A stretch of 63,345 bases of DNA, counting the filler, from Octopus bimaculoides (taxonomy: Eukaryota): the NCBI RefSeq assembly GCF_001194135.2. It is 6 parts of 4 records of this genome, joined end to end, with 100 filler letters (N's around TTAATTAATTAA, not from the genome) between each part and the next. Parts side by side here need not be neighbours in the genome. Positions count along the whole stretch, not along the records: positions 1 to 19,260 come from NC_068987.1; positions 19,361 to 44,358 come from NC_068986.1; 4 more parts are not named here. One strand, given 5' to 3'. Shown piece by piece: positions 12,330-24,539 of the stretch; the stretch's first letter is position 1, and each line of letters begins with the position of its first letter. The position numbers and the translations under genes were made by a program. Under the pieces are notes generated by a model. The model made no database searches and was not told the DNA's origin. It was given only the letters and a program-made list of their open reading frames with translations.

Positions 12330-13140
12330 AAATGGTTAGCGGTAGCGCTCGAGTAGACGGTTTCGGGCGCCATGTGTTGCTTGCCGCCTTCGAAGCAGCC
12401 ACTTGCTTCAGAAAGTCGCTTTCGGTGGAAGGAATAAAACGAGTGGGCGCGGCTCTTTGGCGTTGAAGATTTGGCACGGCTGAATGGACACTGAACATAT
12501 TTTGGTAACGGTACTCTTTGGCAACAGTACTCATTAGCAAATACGCGCGCGCGCATAGAAATATACGAAGAATTAAGAGGAAAGAGAGAGAGATAAACAA
12601 TGCAATTTATTAACTGAACATGATCGAGACAAGCACAGAGAAATAAGTTCATAGAGAGAAGAAGAGAGGAGAGAAGGAGGAGAGGAGAGAGTGAGGTGAG
12701 AAGAAAAGGAAGAAAGAGAGAGAGAGAGAGGAGAGGAAGGAGAGGAGAAAGAGAGAGAGAACGAAAAATCCTTAAAATGTCTGATGTCAAATAAAACAGC
12801 GTCAAATCAGCGACGCCAGATAAGCATCGCCAAAACGGCTGTGCCAAAACGTCTCATATCTCGCAATAAAACCATCATAGTTTTGGATACAGCTGATTAT
12901 TTTTGTTGTACCTGGATGTAAGGACGGTGTCACAGTTTTTCCATTCCGAAGTGGAAGCGGCAGGTATTTTTTCTGGGCTACGACTGGTATTGATGCTTAC
13001 CCCAGTGCGAACCTGGTGAAACTGGTGTCAAAACCCGACGTAATCGCCCGTTTAGAGGAGGATTACAAACTGACAAAGTTTCGAGTACTTTCCAATATCG
13101 TTGTTTTGGGATCTATAGCTGTGTAAACGTCCCATATCTA
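12330..13140. promoter_or_regulatory. CpG-rich, non-repeat-looking island around a GA-rich tract
   Basis: Many CG dinucleotides relative to the flanks, an ACATGGCG (YY1-like) motif on the minus strand near 12366-12373, and CGCGCGCGCGCAT at 12544. No gene model recovered. Confidence 0.35.
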
Positions 13141-13420
13141 GAACTTCCTCCTTATTTAGTTTCATCGGGATAAAAACTAATTAATATCTGCATGTGCGCG
13201 TGGGTATGTGTGTGCGCGTGTGTATGTGTGTGCACGTGTGTATGTGCGTACGTGTGTACATATGCGGGTGTGTATACGTATGCATACATATATATATATG
13301 AAATCTGGAGAATCTACAAGAATAGATGGAAGTGCTAATTTATAAAAACATGTGACATATCAATAAAAATCTGTAAATGTACAACCATCCAGATATCTGA
13401 GTACCTTATTATTTTTTCTA

Positions 13421-13451
<31 letters not shown>

Positions 13452-13735
13452 CTTGGAAACATACATATATGTATGTGTATATATACACATACATATAAGT
13501 ATATNNNNNNNNNNNNNNNNNNNNNNNNNNNNNNNNNNNNNNNNNNNNNNNNNNNNNNNNNNNNNNNNNNNNNNNNNNNNNNNNNNNNNNNNNNNNNNNN
13601 NNNNNNNNNNNNNNNNNNNNNNNNNNNNNNNNNNNNNNNNNNNNNNNNNNNNNNNNNNNNNNNNNNNNNNNNNNNNNNNNNNNNNNNNNNNNNNNNNNNN
13701 NNNNNNNNNNNNNNNNNNNNNNNNNNNNTACACAC

Positions 13736-13785
<50 letters not shown>

Positions 13786-13879
13786 GTGAATGATACTATG
13801 TATGTGTGTATGTTTGTGTGTGTATGTGTGTGTGTATCTATATGTGTGTTTGTTTGTGCGTGTGTATTTGTGTGTGTGT

Positions 13880-14080
13880 GTGTTTGTGTGTGTGAGTTTG
13901 TCAGCCTACCACTGCACAACAGTGTTTGTTTGTTTACGTTCTCGTAACTCAGTGGTTCGGTAAAAATGACCGATAGAATAAGTACCAGAGTTAAAATTAA
14001 ACCAAAAGAACTGGATACTATTTGTTTGAATGACGCCCATCCAGGCGATGCCCCAGCCTGGCCACAGTCCAACGCTTGAA
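13880..14080 (+). mobile_element. SINE family C 3' half, degenerate
   Basis: GTTTACGTTCTCGTAACTCAGTGGTTCGG...CCGATAGAATAAGTACC. Confidence 0.7.
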
Positions 14081-15214
14081 AGAAGGGAAAAAATTAAAGA
14101 TGTCAGATAGTAAAAGTTAACTCATTAGAAACGTTTTTAGAAGTGGTTTTACGTCATCTAGTTTTGTGTTTCTCGTTTGTTCTTTGTTGTATTTTTGTCC
14201 GTAAATGCTAATAAAATATGTATACCAGTGATATTCAATGATTGATTTTTATCAACTAAATGCATTTTTTCTAACTTGTGAATTGTCAAACTAAATCAAT
14301 ATTTATCACTCAATAATCTCATGAATTTTCTTTTCATTTTGTTTCCTTTCTGCAGTAAGAAATGATCAATAGAAATTTGATGTTAAAAGAAATATCAAAC
14401 TGTTCAATAGAGTGGCAATATTGAGTGGAAATGCTGTTTACTTTACCGAATACACTAACGCAAACACAATGCCAACCGAAGTTGTAAATTATTTAACCAA
14501 AACAAAATACTTTCAGTTACGAAAAATACTAAAAACCTATTGACGTTTTAAGTAAAGTTTATCCTAGAAGTTGTTGAGTACATTTCATTTTTATTCCGTA
14601 TAGTCTTTACATTGATATGACATTGATCACATATTGATCTTTAATGCTAGATGGATTAATATTATTGAAGACGATTCTGTATAAGATTGTTTGTTGTTAA
14701 AAGCATTCATCTTTGTGGAATTAGAAACAACAAAAAACTTTGTAACTAGTGTCAGTATGCTGTATCAGTCTTTTCGGGGTGTAATCATGCGTTTTGGGAA
14801 AATTGTTTCACTGAATTCGATTATTCTTTGAACGCCCATACAAACAGAATGTATGCTTTAGCTTCACATATCATCTATACTTAGTAGTAAAACACATCAA
14901 GTTCCTCTGTTATATTCATAACGATACAGTTACTTTTATTTATCGCATACATCATCAATCAAGTTTTCTTTAATCTTTGAAATATTTATCAAAAACATTA
15001 CATCATTAATTGTTTAAATCACGTCAATTACTTGATCTTCCTGATTAGAGATATCCATGAAAAGGAGATCGATCCTATTGATTACTGTGTCAGGGAAGAA
15101 CCCCTGAAGTTATATTTTGAGTAGAACATTGTTACGATAACTTTCTTTTGCATCTCCCCAACTTGCCAGTCCATCATTCGGTTGTTCCTCACGAAGGATA
15201 AGAAATATGCCCAC

Positions 15215-15285
15215 GGGCATATGGTGTAGTGGTTAAGAGCACGGGCTACTAACCCCAACATGCCGAGTTCGATTCCAGGCAGTGA

Positions 15286-15350
<65 letters not shown>

Positions 15351-15413
15351 CATCGAAAAATACCTTAGGAATGAGAACTCAAGACACCTGATGAAGGATG
15401 GAGGGTATATCAG
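15215..15413 (+). mobile_element. tRNA-headed SINE with (AAT)n and hammerhead 5' half, cut by a gap
   Basis: A box TGGTGTAGTGG, B box GAGTTCGATTC, (AAT)n, ACATCGAAAAATACCTTAGGA body, then GACAC-CTGATGA-AGGATG...CAG and an N gap. Confidence 0.8.
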
Positions 15414-16970
15414 NNNNNNNNNNNNNNNNNNNNNNNNNNNNNNNNNNNNNNNNNNNNNNNNNNNNNNNNNNNNNNNNNNNNNNNNNNNNNNNNNNNNNNN
15501 NNNNNNNNNNNNNNNNNNNNNNNNNNNNNNNNNNNNNNNNNNNNNNNNNNNNNNNNNNNNNNNNNNNNNNNNNNNNNNNNNNNNNNNNNNNNNNNNNNNN
15601 NNNNNNNNNNNNNNNNNNNNNNNNNNNNNNNNNNNNNNNNNNNNNNNNNNNNNNNNNNNNNNNNNNNNNNNNNNNNNNNNNNNNNNNNNNNNNNNNNNNN
15701 NNNNNNNNNNNNNNNNNNNNNNNNNNNNNNNNNNNNNNNNNNNNNNNNNNNNNNATATATATGTCCATCTATCTATCTATATGTGTGTGTGTATGTATAT
15801 GATGGAATCTCTCGTCGAAGATGACATATGAATGTTCAGCCAGAAGACAAAAAAAGCAAAGAAAAAAAACCAATACCAACACGCAAATACACAATCAACA
15901 ACATGACCATACTACTATTACTACTATCCACCAATGTTTCTGAATTCATTCACTTCACCTTGTGAATCCTCCTCTATGAGTCCTCAGGCCACCGATGAGT
16001 CACAAAGACGATCACAAACACAACACCAGCAATTTACATTATTTGAAGCAATATGGATGCGAGCGTGACTCATTAAGTCATCACGTGATCTAGCCGAGAA
16101 ATCATAATGCGGACAAGATGGTTTGAGAAACGATTGGTGTTCAGTTGGTTTATTTTCCTATTTTCTCGTAGCTGTTCTTGATGAAGTACCCTTTCAGTTT
16201 CAAAATTTTGAATCTGGGAAAAGCACTCACTCCTCAAAATGGTAAGGCCACGTATTCGGCTCCTGGATCGAGTGGCACATGTCCCTGAGCAAGGCACGTC
16301 ATTTCACGTTGCCTCGGTTTACTTAAAATTTACTGAAAGTGGTCAGCACTCTACTGCTGCTGATGCTGTTCTCACTCCCTCCAACTGTTACCATCTTGGA
16401 TGCTCCACTGGTTTAAGGGTGGAAGGGTTGAAATGGATTCTACGTATATACATACATACATACAAATATATATATATATATATANNNNNNNNNNNNNNNN
16501 NNNNNNNNNNNNNNNNNNNNNNNNNNNNNNNNNNNNNNNNNNNNNNNNNNNNNNNNNNNNNNNNNNNNNNNNNNNNNNNNNNNNNNNNNNNNNNNNNNNN
16601 NNNNNNNNNNNNNNNNNNNNNNNNNNNNNNNNNNNNNNNNNNNNNNNNNNNNNNNNNNNNNNNNNNNNNNNNNNNNNNNNNNNNNNNNNNNNNNNNNNNN
16701 NNNNNNNNNNNNNNNNNNNNNNNNNNNNNNNNNNNNNNNNNNNNNNNNNNNNNNNNNNNNNNNNNNNNNNNNNNNNNNNNNNNNNNNNNNNNNNNNNNNN
16801 NNNNNNNNNNNNNNNNNNNNNNNNNNNNNNNNNNNNNNNNNNNNNNNNNNNNNNNNNNNNNNNNNNNNNNNNNNNNATTCCGATATTTCAAACACAGAAT
16901 ACTAAAGCAAAACAAAAGTGGCGACAACTTCATACGTTTTCAGTGAATAACTTTAAAAATTTGTCTCCGT

Positions 16971-17010
<40 letters not shown>

Positions 17011-17169
17011 ACACACACATGCACACACACACACACAAACACACACATGCACATACACATGCACATACACACCTGCGCATACACACATGCATACATACAT
17101 GCACACACGCACACACATGCATATGTTTATGAATATGTCTATGCGTAAATAGCATACATATGTGTATGC

Positions 17170-17525
17170 ATAAATATATATATATATATATAAACAAATA
17201 GTAAATGAGTATATGCATATATACGTACAGGTATGTGCATACCGACATCCACCTGTATATATAGGTGCATATCTGGGTACAGGACATTGCAAACAAAACG
17301 TAGACGAGAAAACACACAAGCCACATAGAGAACGTTCTACTTCATCAGCTACCCCCGTTTTAACACCGGCGTTTCGAAGAGCTGGGCAGGACGCATCGTT
17401 AAAACGGCTCTTCCCATGGACCGCAAATTAAATTTGTATACACAAATTAAATCTTGCCATGGAGGAATGTAGTGGCGGACACAAAACAAAACAGGAAAAC
17501 AAACAGAAAAGGCTTTACGGCCAGA
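17170..17525. repeat. Unclassified interspersed repeat, second copy at 53055-53245
   Basis: About 190 nt are near-identical between the two loci. Confidence 0.8.
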
Positions 17526-17869
17526 NNNNNNNNNNNNNNNNNNNNNNNNNNNNNNNNNNNNNNNNNNNNNNNNNNNNNNNNNNNNNNNNNNNNNNNNNNN
17601 NNNNNNNNNNNNNNNNNNNNNNNNNNNNNNNNNNNNNNNNNNNNNNNNNNNNNNNNNNNNNNNNNNNNNNNNNNNNNNNNNNNNNNNNNNNNNNNNNNNN
17701 NNNNNNNNNNNNNNNNNNNNNNNNNNNNNNNNNNNNNNNNNNNNNNNNNNNNNNNNNNNNNNNNNNNNNNNNNNNNNNNNNNNNNNNNNNNNNNNNNNNN
17801 NNNNNNNNNNNNNNNNNNNNNNNNNNNNNNNNNNNNNNNNNNNNNNNNNNNNNNNNNNNNNNNNNNNGG

Positions 17870-18070
17870 GAGTATTTGTGTGCTTGACTACCGCTGTTGG
17901 TTTGTTTTCGTTTCCGTAAATTAACGGCTTGATTAAAGAAATCAATGGAAAGGACTAATAGAATAAGTGCCAGACTAGAAAACAAGTATTGGGATTTATT
18001 TATTCGTCTAAACCCTAGGACACGGTGCCCCAGCTTGGCCACTGCTCAATGGCTGAAACAAGTAGAAATG
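17870..18070 (+). mobile_element. SINE family C 3' half, degenerate
   Basis: GCTTGACTACCGCTGTTGG...GAATAAGTGCCAG...CTGAAACAAGTA. Confidence 0.65.
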
Positions 18071-18967
18071 CAAAAAGTATCCATGCATATGTGTGTGCGT
18101 GTGTGTGTGCGTGTGTGTTTGTGTTTGTGTGGGTGTTTGTGTGTGCATGTGGGTTTGTGCGTATGTGTGTATTGTATTGTATAAGTATTTGTATGCGTAT
18201 ATATGTATACTGAATGATACTTACGTACATATATATTATGTATATACGTGTATATGTACACACACACACACACACGCACACACACACACACACACACACA
18301 AATTGCAAGATAAGTTAATTAAAGCCATAATTGTTCTGATATATAATGACAATATGTATTTACACACGCGCCACTTGCAACCTCCCTGACACTCGAGATA
18401 TGCAATATTCATACGAAAAATAAAAATGAAAAATAAAAAAAATACTCATAGCATATACCGAAAGTAAATATAAAATAAAAAAGATTTGTGAGACAGGGAA
18501 GCGTGAATCACCAAAGTTTACTGATTCTGGAAAGCTTTTATGACGCTGTTGGCTATGTTGCAGTGTATTCCGAACAAGTAAATGTCAACAAACAGCAACA
18601 TGTATAGATAATTTTAAAACGCAACAGGAAGCCATGTTATGTTATGTTATGCTGATATCGTCTGCAGATATCTAAAAGATATTTGACCGAAAAGATTATT
18701 ATACATTGCAAATATTTGTTTAAACATCAATATTTATGTTAATATTAATATCAATATTACTAATAATGAGGCCGAGGAGTAGATCTAATGGATACTTGAG
18801 AGGTGCTATTCAGCTTAGTGGATTGACTTGGGCACAACTTCAACCGCATCCAAACGGCGTTCATCAAAAATTTATGCATGCAACTTATGCATGGAATGCA
18901 ACCTATTAAGTGCATATGAATGGTGAGTGTGTGTGTGTGTGATAGAGAAAGAGCGAGAGAGAGAGAG

Positions 18968-18999
<32 letters not shown>

Positions 19000-19161
19000 T
19001 GTATGTGTGTGTGCGTGTGTATACATATGTTTATAAGTGTTTATGCCTATACGTATATCTTGTAAGTAGAAATACATATGAACATAAGCAGAGGCACTGA
19101 TAAATACACATATATACGCAAACGTACTAAGTGTATGATTTTGTAACACACATATATACAT

Positions 19162-19228
<67 letters not shown>

Positions 19229-19304
19229 TACACACATACACACACATTTGCATATACATANNNNNNNNNNNNNNNNNNNNNNNNNNNNNNNNNNNNNNNN
19301 NNNN

Positions 19305-19316
19305 TTAATTAATTAA
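19305..19316. other. Assembly linker TTAATTAATTAA inside N gaps
   Basis: Identical 12-mer flanked by Ns at 19305, 44403, 48484, 53326 and 57617. It encodes stops in all six frames. Confidence 0.9.
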
Positions 19317-19375
19317 NNNNNNNNNNNNNNNNNNNNNNNNNNNNNNNNNNNNNNNNNNNNATGTCTTTTACTAAC

Positions 19376-19430
19376 CTGTAACTAACTGAGCTTTGGTGAA
19401 CACCTGCCTATAATCTAAATTCATGAATGT
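19376..19430 (-). pseudogene. Internally deleted EGF exon copy
   Basis: Begins ACATTCATGAAT (compare ACATTAATGAAT), contains TGTTCACC, and ends ACAG/GTTAGTAAAA like the intact exons. Only 55 nt long, with an in-frame stop. Confidence 0.6.
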
Positions 19431-19519
19431 TAAGTGATGATAATGATGATGGTGATGATGATGATTATGATAACAATGATGACAATGAAGATGATCTTAC
19501 ATCAATGCCTTTTACTAAC

Positions 19520-19642
19520 CTGTACAATTAACGCCATCTCCAATATATCCAGCTTTACAACTACAGTTGAAGCCACCAACTACATTCATACAGCTAGCCT
19601 GAGGTGAACAGTTGTGCTGATTTACATCGCATTCATTAATGT
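19520..19642 (-). CDS. Calcium-binding EGF exon, 123 nt, phase 1-1
   Basis: Same acceptor context, (D)INECDVNQHNCSPQASCMNVVGGFNCSCKAGYIGDGVNCT, GTTAGT donor. Full D-I-N-E-C calcium-binding consensus. Confidence 0.9.
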
Positions 19643-19896
19643 CTGCAAGTTGAAACAAACAAAATTTGAATTAAAACTATTGTATAGAGAGCAGAGTTTT
19701 GAAATCAAGAAGTAGCATAAAGGCACTTAAGAAGACAGGAAACACATTGGTAATTATATCTTAGATAAAATGTAGCTTTAATACATTAAGCTAAAGGGAG
19801 TAATAATAATAAAACATTTATCGATAACCTACCATCTCAGATTTATATCACTGTTCATCACATTTGGAGAATTTTTTATATCACTGTGACATTTGG

Positions 19897-20700
19897 AGAT
19901 CACTGCAAAGCTGCCAAATGGACAACATTCTTGGTTTTAGCATTTGGTGTGAATATGAAGAGATTGTTGCCATTTCCAACCCTGGAATAACCAAGTTGAC
20001 TGTGGGAAAAGCATTGCTGCATGAAGTGAAGTCCAGCAATTTTCAATGACTGTCATTGACTCTTATCAATTTACATTGCAAAACTAACTCTTACTGGAAA
20101 TTGAAGTATCTTGAATTCTAAGGACATGTCTGCTGGAATCAGTGGAATTCTTGAAATAAACACATTTACTCCCTTTCCTCGTCCAGTGAGGATTGCTGCT
20201 TCCAAAAGATGTGGATGCATTTGCCTGACAATCAGTTTTGTTCCACTGCACAGCTTTGGGGGGATCCAGATTTCTCAAAAGCATGATTGGAACTCCTTTC
20301 TTCAATGTCCATTTGAGAGAAAACATTCCAGGAGTATCCAAAAAGTTAGGAAACTCAATAGGATAACTCTCAGACTCATTGGGGTCCACAACAGTATGAA
20401 TTGAGAAATGATTTTCTTCCTCAGTATTGATTGAAAGCATAAGTTTCCAATTGACAATCAGGACAGTTTCATTCTTTGGTGCAAGTATGGCTCTTTCACA
20501 AGATCTTGAAAATTATGTCCAATGTTTGGGTAAACCTTGGTGATCAGCTCTTCTACAGTTTTGACCAAAATGCCACAGCCATTTGGAAATGTGACATCTC
20601 CATTACTGTCTTGCTGAATGCTTCTGTTTCCCAGATCCAGTAGCTGAGCTGCAAATCTTCTACCATCCAAATCTCTGAAGAAACTGACACCGCTGAAAGT
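19897..20700 (-). mobile_element. Helitron RepHel helicase (Pif1-like) remnant
   Basis: Motifs FAAQLLDLGN, LITKVYPNI, YPIEFPNFLDTPG, KGVPIMLLRNLDPP, VSFAM*IDKSQ*QSL, CFSHSQL and SRVG, broken by frameshifts and stops. Confidence 0.9.
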
Positions 20701-21022
20701 CCAATATGGCCAGAAGACCAATTAGGCCAATCTGGCTGAAAGTCCAGTTTGGGCAGAAGAGTTCAATTTGGGTGGAAAGTTTGATTTGGCTGAAAGTTAA
20801 AGTTCTTCAATATTTCTTTCTGAGAGCTCCACTTCACAGACTCAATGGAACTTTAAAACCTCACAAATACAAAACCTTTCACTCTACGTTGGATCCAGTT
20901 TTAAATGAACTGAATTGAAAACATTTTAAAATTCACATGTTTTGGTATTTAAATTCAGATTAAATGTAAAACTTGTAAGTTCACAAACGTTTGATGATGA
21001 TGTACCAATATTTTTTACTAAC

Positions 21023-21148
21023 CTGTACAATTAAAACCATCTCCAATATATCCACCATTACAGCTACAGTTAAAAGTACCAGTAATATTTACACAGCTAG
21101 CCTCAGGCGCACAGCTTTGCAGAGTTGCATTGCTACATCCATTAATGT
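21023..21148 (-). CDS. EGF-like (calcium-binding type) exon, 126 nt, phase 1-1
   Basis: ttgtttgtttcaacttgcag acceptor, (D)INGCSNATLQSCAPEASCVNITGTFNCSCNGGYIGDGFNCT, GTTAGT donor. Six Cys in EGF spacing and a C-x-N-x-x-G-x-F-x-C motif. Confidence 0.88.
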
Positions 21149-21329
21149 CTGCAAGTTGAAACAAACAAGATTTGAATTAAAACTATTGTATAGAGAGCAA
21201 AAATTTTTAATCAGGAAGCTTTGAGTGAGACTGGATGACGTTGGTATCTATATCTTAGATAAAATGTGACATTAATACATTGTATTGTAAAATAAGACAA
21301 TAATATCACAAAGAAATCTTTAATAATGT

Positions 21330-21721
21330 TTGTTGTTGTTATTGACACTCCGTCGCTTACGACGTCGAGGGTTCCAGTTGATCCGATCAACGGAACAGCC
21401 TGCTCGTGAAATTAACGTGCAAGTGGCTGAGCACTCCACAGACACGTGTACCCTTAACGTAGTTCTCGGGGATATTCAGCGTGACACAGTGTGACAAGGC
21501 TGACCCTTTGAATTACAGACACAATAGAAACAGGAAGTAAGAGTGAGAAAAAGTTGTGGTGAAAGAGTACAGCAGGGTTCGCCACCATCCCCTGCCGGAG
21601 CCTCGTGGAGCTTTAGGTGTTTTCGCTCAATAAACACTCACAATGCCCGGTCCGGGAATCGAAACTGCGATCCTGTGACCGCGAGTCCGCTGCCCTAACC
21701 ACTGGGCCATTGCACCTCCAC
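21330..21721 (-). mobile_element. Full-length SINE family B
   Basis: Reverse complement of 1645-2031, TSD CTTTAATAATGT. Confidence 0.9.
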
Positions 21722-21742
21722 CTTTAATAATGTATTTGTTAT

Positions 21743-21859
21743 ATAATTGACTCCATTTCCAGTGAAGCTCTTGTCACAGCGACAGTTGTAACCACCATCA
21801 CTGTTGTAACACATAGCAAATTGTGAACAGTATCAATGGTTGTATGTTTTGCACTAATT
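21743..21859 (-). pseudogene. Decayed EGF exon
   Basis: Reads N*CKTYNH*YCSQFAMCYNSDGGYNCRCDKSFTGNGVNY. Two in-frame stops, last Cys replaced by Tyr, no donor site, and a SINE inserted about 20 nt downstream. Confidence 0.8.
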
Positions 21860-22929
21860 CTAAATGAATTAGATAGAAAGTTAATTATTATCATCATTTT
21901 ACACCTGTATTCCATTCTAGCAAGTAATGGACCCTTTAGATGAGTCGGATGATTGCATCATGCTCCAGCATCTCTGCTCTGGCATGGTTTCTATGATCGG
22001 ATGCTCTTCCTAACACCAACTATGATATAGTGGGTACTGGGTGCGTTTGTGTTGGCAGGAAACCTGACAATGTACATGACTAAAGATCCTATTTGGGGCC
22101 TATGCAACTGAAAGAAGAATAGGAAAGATGACAAAGGATGTTAAAGTGTGAGATTTGTGGAGTCGTGGAGTGAGTAATAAAGCATTTACTAATGAAGAGG
22201 GAATATGTAAGGGCAAAGAAGAAAGAGGAGTAAGTGATAAAGGAGAGCTAAGGCTGATTTGGTGGATTGTGTAAGAGGTATGAGCTGCTATCCCATATTA
22301 TAAGGGTTAGTTGGGTGTAGGCATGAGGAGACAGAGGGACTGAAAAGAACCAATTTGGTGCAGGTGATGAAGAACCTAATGTTGGTTAAGTGAAGGAAGA
22401 AGGGGATTAGAGATTACGGAAAGGCTAAGAGTGGAGGAAGTCAGGATTTGAGGGAGTCTTTGAAGTAGCCCAGAGAGGAAGAGACAGGGGGGGGGGTGAG
22501 TAAGTGGAACAACTGTGGGTATGATACAGTGAGAAAAAGAAAAGAGAGAGTGTTGGATTAGGGGGCAAAAGGATGGTGAGATGTGTGAGGGAAAGGAAGC
22601 TAAGAAGTGTGAGAGAAATCCATCTGGACAAGGTGGAAGGGAAGAGAAAGAGGAAGACCAGCTGGAAGTCATCATAGAATTGGAGAGAAAGGAATGATGT
22701 ATGAAGAAAACGCATCTCATTCAGGAAGGCTGTAGGGAAAGAAGAGGGTTAGAGAATGAAGAGAGGAGGATAGTGAGTGCAAGTGCTTGGAAGGTAGCCC
22801 TTCGATGAGGATGCTGGACTAAAGGATGAGGGTAGCAGAGAGGCAGGGCGAGACGAAGAAAGCAGTGAGAACATTCAAAGCAACAATATTTCCCTTTTGG
22901 CCATATTTTGCCTGAGAGAAAAAGTTTCC

Positions 22930-23230
22930 TCTCCTTCAACATATCACAATCAGTTGTAAAATTCTTTGTGATGCTCAGCATCTTGAAACTGGCTTTCAGG
23001 ATTTTGTTTCATGTCTTTGTAGGTTTTCTTCCACTGGAAGCAACCATTTTGAGGGTTCAGCACTTTTTTATGCTGCAGTCACCATTCAAACACATCACAG
23101 CAACACAGTTTTCTCTCTCACAAATTACATCTGATTCCACTTATACACACAGATTTTCTCTTTGATCAATTACACTGCATCTTTCATGCATGCTGACATT
23201 ACACACTAACACTGGGTTACCACTATGACT
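22930..23230 (-). mobile_element. RTE LINE 3' fragment
   Basis: DCSIKKC*TLKM...GRKPTKT*NKILKASFKMLSITK matches the RTE C-terminal GRPRKTW...DLKML pattern. Confidence 0.65.
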
Positions 23231-23249
23231 ATTTGCAAGGACATATACC

Positions 23250-23720
23250 AAACACTTAGGTCAAATACAAATCCTTTCTTGATGAAGTCACTGCAAATTT
23301 AGAAGTAGTTAAGACTGAGTCAGTTGTTCTACAAGGAGTCTTCAAAGGACATGTTGGTACTGATCACCAAACATGGAAAGAAGTGATTGGGAAGAATGAC
23401 GACTCTGAACTCAGTATAAATGAAGAGGCCTTGCTAAACCTCTAGGCTGGAAATGGACTCTCCATTATGAATGCATTCTTCTAACATAAGAATATCCATA
23501 AATATACCTGGTATAGGGATACTTTGGGACAGAAGTCTTCGACAGATTTGATTACTATCATGTGCCTCTTTCATTCTGTACTGGATGTTCATGTAAAGAG
23601 AATGGTTGAGCTATAGCTGACTGCCATCTAGTTATCTGCAAATTGAGACTATCTACAGCAGGGAGAAGTCACAAAATTGCTTAAGTTCAGTGTGACTTAC
23701 AGGATAAAGTGGGAAACCCT
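23250..23720 (+). mobile_element. LINE AP-endonuclease fragment
   Basis: GVFKGHVG...WKEVIGKN...NAFF*HKNIHKYTWYRDTLGQKSSTDL matches the APE GDFNAHVG and TW...S.ID motifs. Confidence 0.8.
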
Positions 23721-24492
23721 GGCAAATTATTGATCAAAAACAAATATGCAGACACAATTGCACACACAAACACACAAACACACAAACATACATACTCATA
23801 ATCATGAGATTGTGGTTTCAGTTCCTAGATCAGGTGGTGTGTTGTGTTTTTGAGCAAAATACTTCATATCATGTTGCTCTGCAATCACTTTGACACCTGA
23901 TATGTGGTACACCATGCATACCTGTCCAGGTAATGTTGATTTGATGGCGGAGGGACAGTTGAGCTAATGTACAGCACATATTTTTGATCATTAGCAACAA
24001 ATCATATGTGCAAGTCATTCAGCAAAATCTGAGAACTCATACACCGACTCTGACAGAAGAGTCCATCATCATCATCATCCTCATCATTTAGTGTCTGCTT
24101 TCCATGCTGGCATGGGTTAGACAGTTTGACTGGAACTGGTAAGCTGGAGAGCTGTACCAGGTTCTAGTCTAATTAGGTATGATTTCTACGGCTGGATGCC
24201 CTTCCTAACTCTAACCATACCAAAACTGTGGTGGTTGCCTTTTACATGTCACTAGCACGGGTGCCTTTTCCATGTTACTGGCACCATCCATGACTATGAT
24301 CTCAATTGGTCTGACAAGTCTTTTCAAGAACAGCAAAGCATCAAAAGTTTTCATTACTTGTCACTGCCTCTGTGAAGCCCATCATCCAAAGATCATGTGT
24401 CACCAGCCCATCTTATGTCTCCCTGGATCTACCTCTTCCACAGATTCCCTCCACATTTTACTACATACATACACACACACAGACATACACAC

Positions 24493-24539
<47 letters not shown>

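Noticed and set aside
14330-14420. Plus-strand polypyrimidine tract and AG acceptor at 14356
   Set aside because: The downstream frames close quickly and no matching donor or domain was found.
17330-17390. Minus-strand GAAACG...CTGATGA in the 17170/53055 repeat as a permuted hammerhead
   Set aside because: The U16.1 and H17 positions and stem II pairing could not be satisfied in either copy.
19305-19316. Recurrent TTAATTAATTAA palindrome at five sites
   Set aside because: Always embedded between N runs, so it is a scaffolding linker rather than biology.
22990-23130. Cys-rich minus-strand peptide CERENCVAVMCLNGDCSIKKC as another EGF exon
   Set aside because: Cys spacing is wrong and the context matches the RTE LINE C-terminus.
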